From sequence record NC_061446.1: a DNA stretch of 64,000 nt. One strand, given 5' to 3'. Under the pieces are notes generated by a model. That model made no database searches, was not told the origin of the DNA, and saw only the letters and a list, made by a program, of their open reading frames with translations. Every line of letters begins with the position of its first letter. The first letter of the stretch is position 1. Shown here one piece after another: positions 1-8,062 of this stretch. The position numbers and the translations under genes were made by a program.

Positions 1-2
1 AG

Positions 3-209
3 AAATCTTCGAAGGACAAAAAGTCCTCGAAGGTCAAGTCTAAGAAGTCCAAGAAGTCAGATGATGACGACGAAGACGACGAAGACGAAAAGCCTAAGAA
101 GAAGAAAAAGTCTTCTGACAAGGTGAAGTCCTCCGTTAAGAAGAAAAAGAAATCTTCTGACGACGATGACGACGACGCGCCGAAGAAAAAGAAGAAAAAG
201 AAAAAGTAA
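3..209 (+). CDS. 3' end of a Lys/Asp-rich low-complexity protein (partial, begins before the window)
   Basis: Open frame from nt 3 reads KSSKDKKSSKVKSKKSKKSDDDDEDDEDEKPKKKKK...APKKKKKKKK, TAA at 207-209, followed by a terminator. Confidence 0.8.
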   Translation, partial: KSSKDKKSSKVKSKKSKKSDDDDEDDEDEKPKKKKKSSDKVKSSVKKKKKSSDDDDDDAPKKKKKKKK

Positions 210-217
210 TGTGAAAC

Positions 218-245
218 AGGGTGGCTAACGCCACCCTTTCTTTTC
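218..245 (+). terminator. Rho-independent terminator
   Basis: AGGGTGGC-TAAC-GCCACCCT followed by TTCTTTTT. Confidence 0.8.
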
Positions 246-266
246 TCTAATCTGGACCACCAAACA

Positions 267-2792
267 ATGGCGAAAACGAACAACAAGGCTGAGAAGAAAG
301 CTGAGAAGAAAGCTAAAGTCAAAGCCGGTAAGACAAAAGGCAAAGCAGTCGCCTCTGATGATATTGGCGGCGTAGAAGTAGCAGGCTTTGACCTCGGTAG
401 TCTGATGGACGATGTGCTTGACGGCATCGAAAAGAAAACGAAAGTAAGCTCGCAGGACGCAGCGCGACACGCACCTCGTATCTCTACTGGTGTGCTGGCG
501 CTTGATATGTACCTTGACGGCGGCATCGTACCTGGTGGCTGGTACACCTTCAGCGGCGGTGAGCAGTCCTGTAAGTCAACAATGACCATGAGTATCATGG
601 CGAGTCTGATTCGTCTGAAATACTCTGGCATTAGCGTAGTGTTCGACTACGAAGGTTCTACCGATGCTGACTACGTTGCTGGCCAGCTCAAAACGTTTGG
701 CGTTACTGTTGACGCGAAGACTATCTTTGGTGTGCGTGACGGTGATGACGGCAACTGGATTATCAAACCGCGTATTCGCTACTACGCGCCGGACAACGGT
801 GAGCGCTTCTTCGATTATATGTCGATGCTGCGCCGTCGTCTGCCTGATAAGATCGTCGATAAAGACGGTAGCTCGTACTACATCTTTGAGAACAACAAAG
901 AGAACGCCAAGAAAGTCGCAGGCAAGTACGATAAGAAGTGGTTCAGCCGTAACAACCAGTTCAAAGTTCCTGCGTCTGACGGCCACATGCAGGCGATGGT
1001 TATCGTTGACTCATATCCTGCAATGATGCCGGATCAGGTAGATGATGACGATGGCTCAAAAGCAATGGCGCTGCAAGCGCGTATGTTCTCTGACGGCATC
1101 AAACGTTTCCGTGGCGGTATGCGTCGTAAGATGATGACTATCGTTGGCGTTAACCAGTTGCGTCAGAAGCCTGCTGTGATGTTCGGTAGCCCTGAGTATG
1201 AGCCTGGCGGTGATGCGTTGAAGTTCTATTGCTTCGACCGTGACACTCTGATTCGTACCGACCACGGTGTGATGACTGCACCTGAGATCGCGCAACTGCT
1301 GAAAGATGGCGTTAAAGTTTGCGTTGAATCGTTCGATGGTTATCAGCAAATCAATGGCGCGTGGAAAGTTGAAGACGCTCCGTTCCCAATCGAACTGACT
1401 GCTGGTGGCCATAGCTACATCGGTAGCGCAGAGCACCGTCAGTTTGTTCTGGTGCCGGGCGTAACTGCTGATGGCACGAACGTGTTTTATCCTGAGTGGC
1501 GTACTCTGAACGAGATGGCTACCGGTGGGCACGAAGGTGTATACGCTGGTCTGCGTGTACCGCCTGTCAAAGAACTGAAACAGAACGTACCTGATGCGTT
1601 CGATGATGCGAGCCAGCTGGTAAGTAGCTTGCTTGCTAACTGCGATCCTGTAAGCGTTCAACTGCCTCTGGCCGCGCAGGGTGATACTACCTATGCGGCG
1701 AACGTGCTGACCATTGACGTAGTTGGTGAGAGCACTGATTCTTCTGACTTCTCGTTCTGGGCCAAGAAGCTGCTGGACATTGGCGTATTCGCTTATGCTG
1801 ATGAACGTGGTATTCACATGCCTGGTCTGAACAAGCATGAGCTGGAAGAAGCTGTTGCGCAGAATGCTGATGGTGCGTTCCGCGGTCTGTCTTATGCAGC
1901 CACCTGTCGTCAACGTCAAACGCAGATGCTGATCGCTATCGCTGATCGCTTCCCGGAACTGACTCGCTATGTTCTGGACTATCAGTTACAGGCAGGCGAA
2001 GCTAAAATCTATCTGGCGCCGGAGAACGATTTTGCCGAAGCGCTCGACCTGATTTTGCATCGTGAGATTGACGGGTATGATGACCTGTATGATCTGCTGA
2101 TGCAGCAACTGGCTTACGTTGAAGACTGGTACAACTTCGATAGCTCTATCGTGCCTGTGTTGTTCTCGCTGAAAGTGCTGAACAAAGAAGTTGAGTTCTG
2201 GGACGTTAACGTTGCCGAGACTTCTGTGGTTATCACTAACGGCTTCGTATCGCATAACAGCGACGTGCGTGTTCGTCTGGCTTCTCGTGCAGTGCCCGAA
2301 GGTTGGCCGAAACTCAAAGACGCGCCTGGTGTTGTTGGTGAGAAGTCTGTTACTGTTGATGGAGGTACTGACCGCTATCGTTTCATCGCTGCTAAGACCA
2401 TCAAGAACAAGATGGGTGGCATCCCGAACCAGAGCACGTGGTTGCGTCTGTGGGAAGCTGACGGTAATGGTGAAGCGCGCGGCTTCGACCCGGTGTTCGA
2501 TACGTGGCACTATCTGAAAGTTCTCGGCCTGATCAACGGCACACGTAAGAGCTTTAAGATCAAAGCGCCGTGCCCTCTGGCTTCCGAAGTCAAGATGGAC
2601 TGGGACGACTTCCGTACTCTTATCAACGGCACCAAGACACAAGTTGTCGATGTGTGTAAGAAGTTGAAAGTCAAACCTGCCGGCCTGCGTCTGTGGTGCT
2701 TCAAGTTCGTGCAGTCTGCGAAAGGCAAAGAAATGTTGAAAGCGTCTATCAGTAAGTCTGCGAAGACTTCTGGTGATGAAGACGACGAGTAA
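267..2792 (+). CDS. recA: RecA/UvsX-family recombinase containing an intein (841 aa precursor, 498 aa spliced)
   Basis: RISTGVLALD, Walker A-like GGEQSCKST, Walker B VIVDS, MALQARMFS, VNQLRQK, PGGDALKFY, KTIKNK motifs. Confidence 0.93.
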   Translation: MAKTNNKAEKKAEKKAKVKAGKTKGKAVASDDIGGVEVAGFDLGSLMDDVLDGIEKKTKVSSQDAARHAPRISTGVLALDMYLDGGIVPGGWYTFSGGEQSCKSTMTMSIMASLIRLKYSGISVVFDYEGSTDADYVAGQLKTFGVTVDAKTIFGVRDGDDGNWIIKPRIRYYAPDNGERFFDYMSMLRRRLPDKIVDKDGSSYYIFENNKENAKKVAGKYDKKWFSRNNQFKVPASDGHMQAMVIVDSYPAMMPDQVDDDDGSKAMALQARMFSDGIKRFRGGMRRKMMTIVGVNQLRQKPAVMFGSPEYEPGGDALKFYCFDRDTLIRTDHGVMTAPEIAQLLKDGVKVCVESFDGYQQINGAWKVEDAPFPIELTAGGHSYIGSAEHRQFVLVPGVTADGTNVFYPEWRTLNEMATGGHEGVYAGLRVPPVKELKQNVPDAFDDASQLVSSLLANCDPVSVQLPLAAQGDTTYAANVLTIDVVGESTDSSDFSFWAKKLLDIGVFAYADERGIHMPGLNKHELEEAVAQNADGAFRGLSYAATCRQRQTQMLIAIADRFPELTRYVLDYQLQAGEAKIYLAPENDFAEALDLILHREIDGYDDLYDLLMQQLAYVEDWYNFDSSIVPVLFSLKVLNKEVEFWDVNVAETSVVITNGFVSHNSDVRVRLASRAVPEGWPKLKDAPGVVGEKSVTVDGGTDRYRFIAAKTIKNKMGGIPNQSTWLRLWEADGNGEARGFDPVFDTWHYLKVLGLINGTRKSFKIKAPCPLASEVKMDWDDFRTLINGTKTQVVDVCKKLKVKPAGLRLWCFKFVQSAKGKEMLKASISKSAKTSGDEDDE
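1230..2258 (+). mobile_element. Intein (343 aa) at the RecA-b-type site
   Basis: Insert starts CFDRDTLIRT right after ALKFY and ends WDVNV...VITNGFVSHN with Ser at +1 (SDVRVRL); removing it restores RecA GGxALKFY-SxVR. Confidence 0.92.
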
Positions 2793-2799
2793 TAAACGT

Positions 2800-2825
2800 G
2801 GGAGGGCTTCGGCTCTCCCTTTATT
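2800..2825 (+). terminator. Rho-independent terminator
   Basis: GGGAGGGC-TTCG-GCTCTCCC then TTTATT. Confidence 0.8.
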
Positions 2826-2841
2826 CGTGTAAGGAGAACCA

Positions 2842-3264
2842 ATGCGTACTCAAATCTTTACCGCTGATATTGTTAACCTGCAAACGACCACAACCAACGA
2901 AGAAACAGGCGAAGAGATTGTCACACAAACAATCGTGCCTAATGTCGAAGGTGAACTGACAATCAGTGTTGGTGAACTGTCTCGTCTGTCTGAAAGCCTG
3001 AGCGAGCCTACCGACTCTGACTGTCGCCTGATTGTTATCGTGTCTCCTGATGCAACGCCGGTCTTCTATGATGAAGCGCTGTCCAGCTACTTCGACCCAA
3101 TCGAGCGTATCGCTGATATCCAGGCAGGCAATATCGGTACCATCAACGGTCTGCAAGTCATTCGCGGCCTGCAAGGCGATCACCCTTACGTTGCAGTTGT
3201 CGAAGTACGTGACGCTGATACCGTAGAGATCGTTCGCTACAACGCGTCTGTAGTAAAACTGTAA
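2842..3264 (+). CDS. Hypothetical protein (140 aa)
   Basis: AAGGAG RBS, operon position. Confidence 0.8.
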   Translation: MRTQIFTADIVNLQTTTTNEETGEEIVTQTIVPNVEGELTISVGELSRLSESLSEPTDSDCRLIVIVSPDATPVFYDEALSSYFDPIERIADIQAGNIGTINGLQVIRGLQGDHPYVAVVEVRDADTVEIVRYNASVVKL

Positions 3265-3318
3265 ATACTGATCAACAACCGAACACATTGCTGTGTGTAG
3301 TCTCGCCCTATTTGGGCA

Positions 3319-3350
3319 GGGGAGAGCCGGATGGCCTCCCCATTTTTTTT
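3319..3350 (+). terminator. Rho-independent terminator
   Basis: GGGGAGAGCC-GGAT-GGCCTCCCC imperfect stem then A and T8. Confidence 0.75.
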
Positions 3351-3373
3351 GTCTGCGCCAGTAGGAGAACAGC

Positions 3374-4366
3374 ATGTCTCAATCAACACCACAAACGTTT
3401 CTCGATCTATTTCTGAAAGACGTTAGAAAGTTTCTGCCTATGTTTGACAAAGGCCTCGATGCTTACTTCTTGAAATGTAAAGGCAAGCCTGGTCAGTCTG
3501 GTGTGTCGTTGCATCAATATCTGAAATGGTTGAATCCTATAGCCAAACCACCAGAGAACGCGAGCAAACTGGCTGTAGTTATCTCTGGGTATCTGCATTA
3601 CTTCTGGCAGTTGTCTAAACCCAACTTCGTATTCGAACCGGTGCTTATGAATCACATGGCTGATTCAGAGCTGCCAGAGACGATACCCGCCGAGATACTG
3701 CAACGCCTCCCGTATTGGTGTCAGTGGATAACGTTGCCTATCAATCTTGCGACTGCTGGAAATACAATGCGGTTGGACTTTGATGGAGCTTTCGTAGGCT
3801 ATACTGAGATCGAAAGACGACCAGCGCTGGTTCTCGTCGCACCTTTTGTTTCTTCTGATGACAGCATCAAAACGAATGGCTTCACACCTTCGGTAACATC
3901 TTACGTCTATCTGGATGAACCTGTTAATCACCTATCGTTTGTGAAGAACAGCCATCTGCTCAACGTCAGTGACCGAATGCCTGACGTGTTCTTTCGTGAG
4001 TTGATGTTTGGCGCATATCACTACCTGACAAAGATTGTTAACTGTGTCATGTATATATGCTCACAGCAACAAGCGTTGTACCAAGAAGGTCATTCTCAAC
4101 CTAAGCCTCAACGTTTAGGCAAAAGCTATCGCATCATGCCACCGAAGACTGATCGCATGATCACGGTAGGTGCTGAGATGACCAAGATTCTCAAAGACTT
4201 TGAAGCAGAAGTCGAAGCATGTACTCGCGCTTTCAATGGACGCAAACCGCACATACGAAAAGCGCACTACCATCACTTTTGGACAGGACCGAGGGTAGGT
4301 CTTCGTAGCCTCGTCTGCAAGTGGTTGCCACCAAGTATTGTTCGCGGCACTATCGTAGAACAATAA
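3374..4366 (+). CDS. Hypothetical protein (330 aa) with C-terminal PHxRKAHYHHFWTG...KWLPP motif seen in phage proteins
   Basis: AGGAG RBS; motif recognised from memory of phage hypotheticals. Confidence 0.8.
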   Translation: MSQSTPQTFLDLFLKDVRKFLPMFDKGLDAYFLKCKGKPGQSGVSLHQYLKWLNPIAKPPENASKLAVVISGYLHYFWQLSKPNFVFEPVLMNHMADSELPETIPAEILQRLPYWCQWITLPINLATAGNTMRLDFDGAFVGYTEIERRPALVLVAPFVSSDDSIKTNGFTPSVTSYVYLDEPVNHLSFVKNSHLLNVSDRMPDVFFRELMFGAYHYLTKIVNCVMYICSQQQALYQEGHSQPKPQRLGKSYRIMPPKTDRMITVGAEMTKILKDFEAEVEACTRAFNGRKPHIRKAHYHHFWTGPRVGLRSLVCKWLPPSIVRGTIVEQ

Positions 4367-4410
4367 CTTTAACTCAACTCCACGTATGGGCGTTATGCCC
4401 GGAGGTCAAT

Positions 4411-5169
4411 ATGTCTCGTGTACAAACTCTATGGATTCCTGATATGGAATCGTATGAACCTTACATCCGCTCTCTGTGTCATATGGCGCGGGCGCTGGAA
4501 AACAATGGACTGAACTACGGCAAGATGAAGCGTGTCGTGTTCATCGGTCTGTCAAAGCGTAGTGTTGAGTCCTACGTTAAACAGCTTCTCAATTCAAACA
4601 CGTTGCCGAATACGCTCGTTTGCTTCGGCATCGACGAACCACCTGTTAGTCATCGTGAGTTCTCCTTCATCGGTTCGCATGTTGTGCTGATGCACGACCT
4701 GACATATGCAGGAGACAACGCGATGGGCCGCGTGTCGCAGCGTGTTCTCGAAATCATCCTGAGCCTGAAACAAAAGCCTGAGGATCGTGAACTTAAAAAC
4801 GGTGCGCTATCTCTTGTGTATCAGAACCCGATGCTGTGGTCCTATATCAGAGACAACGGCGCCAGCATGTACAACCACAACCCACGTATTCAATACGCAG
4901 AAGGTCTGGTATCGTCTATTGGCGTTGAGCAACTCATGTCCTGCAAAGACAACGAAGACTATCACAAGCTCCACGCACCTGTTATTACGATCGGCCTGGA
5001 GTTCTTCCACGTCAAGCCTGATGAATTGCTTGCGCGACTCTGCAACCTGATGTGGTCACTCGGATCAACCACCAGCGAGTTTAAGGACAATTATAAGATC
5101 GTGCTGCATGACGACTTCCGCCTCGCTTTCTTCGAAGAATTTCTGCTGAGAGAGTTTAAGGGGTTTTAA
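4411..5169 (+). CDS. Hypothetical protein (252 aa)
   Basis: GGAGG RBS before ATG 4411, in the frame of ORF 4321..5169. Confidence 0.8.
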   Translation: MSRVQTLWIPDMESYEPYIRSLCHMARALENNGLNYGKMKRVVFIGLSKRSVESYVKQLLNSNTLPNTLVCFGIDEPPVSHREFSFIGSHVVLMHDLTYAGDNAMGRVSQRVLEIILSLKQKPEDRELKNGALSLVYQNPMLWSYIRDNGASMYNHNPRIQYAEGLVSSIGVEQLMSCKDNEDYHKLHAPVITIGLEFFHVKPDELLARLCNLMWSLGSTTSEFKDNYKIVLHDDFRLAFFEEFLLREFKGF

Positions 5170-5245
5170 GACTATTCTGAGTTTCGTCATTAATTTCTCC
5201 AAGTTAGCAAGAAGTGCTGACTAAATAGTTATTTGGAGAAATAAC

Positions 5246-5506
5246 ATGTGCGAACGTAGCCTCGTACGGTTGAAGTACATCGCACGGTCATCGAACTGGT
5301 GCAATAATAAAGTAAACGCTTGTAGTAAGCGGAAGGCGACGAACGTACAATGCGAAGATTTTTTAGCAGTAACAAAAGATTGTCGCAGTGTGCAGGACTC
5401 GTCCAATGTTGTTTCCTTCTTCAAAGGCCAAGAGCTGGTGGGTCAAGCTGTTTGGCAAGAGAAGAAGGGAGAACACATACTTCAATTCCGACTACTACTC
5501 GCATAA
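5246..5506 (+). CDS. Hypothetical protein (86 aa)
   Basis: GGAG RBS. Confidence 0.65.
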   Translation: MCERSLVRLKYIARSSNWCNNKVNACSKRKATNVQCEDFLAVTKDCRSVQDSSNVVSFFKGQELVGQAVWQEKKGEHILQFRLLLA

Positions 5507-5565
5507 CTTTCCTAATAGGGCTATCAGAGCAATCTGGTGGCCCTTCTTCATTTCTAGGAGCTGTC

Positions 5566-5832
5566 ATGCCGTACCACCTGCAACTGCAAGAGAAACACTT
5601 TAGAGCTATTGAAGACCATGCAGATCAAATCATCGGTCTGTCTGCTTTGGTATCGAAGTTAGCTGAGGACGATATTGTCGTTGTCAATGTGTCCGTGTCG
5701 CGTCCACAAGACGCGGGTGTTCCCATTACCGTTGTTCGTGACGGCTGCGAGCGATACTTGGAGGTGCAAAGAGCGCCGTGGCCTATCTCACCTGATTCAC
5801 CTTCTATCGAAATAGCAATCGTTCAATACTGA
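5566..5832 (+). CDS. Hypothetical protein (88 aa)
   Basis: AGGAG RBS before ATG 5566. Confidence 0.7.
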   Translation: MPYHLQLQEKHFRAIEDHADQIIGLSALVSKLAEDDIVVVNVSVSRPQDAGVPITVVRDGCERYLEVQRAPWPISPDSPSIEIAIVQY

Positions 5833-5837
5833 CGCTT

Positions 5838-5862
5838 AGGCTGCCCTCGTTGGCGGCCTTTT
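5838..5862 (+). terminator. Rho-independent terminator
   Basis: AGGCTGCC-CTCGTT-GGCGGCCT then TTT. Confidence 0.6.
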
Positions 5863-5912
5863 CTATTTCTATGCTAATTTCATCTTGCATTCACTCGCAC
5901 TGGAGAGACACT

Positions 5913-6563
5913 ATGGAAATCTACGTTTCACTATCGAAGCAGGAAGAACCGCCGATAGTAACAGAGATCGACCAAAAGGCGCCTCGCATTAATGACAACA
6001 GCAAAGTGGGCCAAGTATTCGACGTTCACGTTCTACAGCAAATGAGTTACCTCGATATGAAGAACATTCGTGGTGACGCAGGAGCGAAGTACGCCAAAGC
6101 TATTGCTGATTGGCTCAATAGTCAGAGGTCGATCGACAATAAGTTTCGCGTATCAAACAGAAGTAAAATCTCGATTGCTGTAAAGAATACGCAACAGTTG
6201 GCTGCGCGTTATCGCAACATCTATCTGTTAAGTCCTGAAAGCAATAAAGATCGCTGCTGGTTGCTGGTGGGTGAAGGCCCGCACGACAACAAGCAGACTG
6301 TGGAGATTGGTCGGAGTCTTCAAATGGATGTGCTATATGCTTCCGTTCGTACTATGCTTGCGTCACACTTACCGACCGACGAGTGGCCAGGCGACAATAC
6401 ATACGAACATGTTCAATTGGAGTTGGACAAACGGGGCAAACATGGTGGTCGCGTGACTAAGCGTCATTACACGTTTGCAAAAGAAAATGAAAATACACTG
6501 ATCACGATGATGCAGGACGGGTTGTCCATTGCAGAAATCACCGATTGGGTTCTGAAACAGTAA
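5913..6563 (+). CDS. Hypothetical protein (216 aa)
   Basis: GGAG RBS before ATG 5913. Confidence 0.75.
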   Translation: MEIYVSLSKQEEPPIVTEIDQKAPRINDNSKVGQVFDVHVLQQMSYLDMKNIRGDAGAKYAKAIADWLNSQRSIDNKFRVSNRSKISIAVKNTQQLAARYRNIYLLSPESNKDRCWLLVGEGPHDNKQTVEIGRSLQMDVLYASVRTMLASHLPTDEWPGDNTYEHVQLELDKRGKHGGRVTKRHYTFAKENENTLITMMQDGLSIAEITDWVLKQ

Positions 6564-6572
6564 GAGGAATCT

Positions 6573-7823
6573 ATGTCCCTGATTAAAATCGAAGGCATTG
6601 CATCCACATCTGCTCCGACCAAGGCGCAGAAAGATGCTGCCGTTTATTTGTTTGGCTCCAAAGGTCATTCAATCGTTGCAGTGCTCGACAAATTCAGTCG
6701 CGCCAAAGAACTGCGTACAGCTCACCTTGACGGTCTGCTCAAGCTGATGAAAGAAGGCGAAGATGACGAGATCATCAAGTTCGCTGCGTCAACTCCAGGC
6801 AAGAAAACAATCGCTAACGCCAAGGCCTTTGCTGTGGCAAAGACTCTGACTGCTGCGATCAAAGCGCTGAAACTGATCCGTGTACCTGTTAAGTGGGTAG
6901 AAGGTCATTCTGATGCGGCTGCTGCTCGTGCTCAGGAGACTAAAGAGATTCGCGCACGTAAGACTGCGGGTAATAAGCCTGAGAAGCCTATCAAGCTCGA
7001 CAACCCAGGTGCACCGGAAGCGGAAGATGTAAGTCCGGCCGCATTGTTTGATGCCGCATTGAAAAACAAAAACAAAGCGCCGTTCGAGGCTGTCAACAAA
7101 GCAGTTGCAGCCTCCGTAAAACAGTTTGGTCTGAAAACTGAACTGGACCTAAGCAAGCGCGGTAAGGCGATGATTCTGATTAAGCTGGGTCGCGGTATCG
7201 AAGGCACAATCACCTTCCCATCAAATACGCGTAAGCTCGATTGGCCTCACGATGATCCGAACCAGTTCTATCTCTCTGCTCAGAATGCCGAAGAGATGGA
7301 TGTTGTTATGGACTACGTGCCGGCAACTTTCAAGAACGCGCCAAAGACTATTGCCAAAGCATTCGAATCTCTGTGGGAAAAAGCAATGCGCGGTGAGAAC
7401 GGTGACTTACCTGTATCTCGCCCTGGTAAGAAGGCTACTCGCACAAAAAAGTCTGAGCCCGCTGCTAATCCTAAGGCGCCTCTGCCCTACACGCCGTCTG
7501 GTAAATCCGACATCACTTTGGTGGACGAACTGGCAGAAGTTACAGCACGTAAAATCTCTGCTAAACCTTTGCAGGCGCGTGAGGAATATTTCAATGCCCT
7601 GCGTAACACTCTGCATTCCAATCTGCGCAATTCTGTAGTCAACACTACATCTGACGGTGTGACTGTAGCTATGGGCAGCAAGCTGTATACAATCCGTCTG
7701 GCCGACAATACGTGGACCATTCAGACTGGTGCTACAGGTAAGCCGAAGAAGATTGGTGCAACGTTCGATATTGTTGACGTGCTTGGCATGATCGATAAAA
7801 GCATTTTGCGCCCTAAAGGGTAA
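6573..7823 (+). CDS. Lys/Ala-rich hypothetical protein (416 aa)
   Basis: GAGGA RBS, highly-expressed-type codon usage, terminator downstream. Confidence 0.85.
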   Translation: MSLIKIEGIASTSAPTKAQKDAAVYLFGSKGHSIVAVLDKFSRAKELRTAHLDGLLKLMKEGEDDEIIKFAASTPGKKTIANAKAFAVAKTLTAAIKALKLIRVPVKWVEGHSDAAAARAQETKEIRARKTAGNKPEKPIKLDNPGAPEAEDVSPAALFDAALKNKNKAPFEAVNKAVAASVKQFGLKTELDLSKRGKAMILIKLGRGIEGTITFPSNTRKLDWPHDDPNQFYLSAQNAEEMDVVMDYVPATFKNAPKTIAKAFESLWEKAMRGENGDLPVSRPGKKATRTKKSEPAANPKAPLPYTPSGKSDITLVDELAEVTARKISAKPLQAREEYFNALRNTLHSNLRNSVVNTTSDGVTVAMGSKLYTIRLADNTWTIQTGATGKPKKIGATFDIVDVLGMIDKSILRPKG

Positions 7824-7825
7824 CC

Positions 7826-7853
7826 AAAAGGGTGGCTTCGGCCGCCCTTTTTC
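7826..7853 (+). terminator. Rho-independent terminator
   Basis: AAAAGGGTGGC-TTCG-GCCGCCCTTTTT. Confidence 0.85.
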
Positions 7854-8062
7854 ATTTATTTCTGTGCCATTCGTAAATAACCTATCTGCTTCCCTAGCCA
7901 GTTCTCCTCGACACACAATCTCCTATCCTGTCCTGTATCTCAAAACATCTCTATCTCCACTGGTACTACTCAAAAATGCACCAGCGCCTACAGTCATCCT
8001 GTTCTCTAATTCAACCTTGCAGACTCGGTCGTCTGTGTTGTACTTCTCAAGAGGAAAATGTG

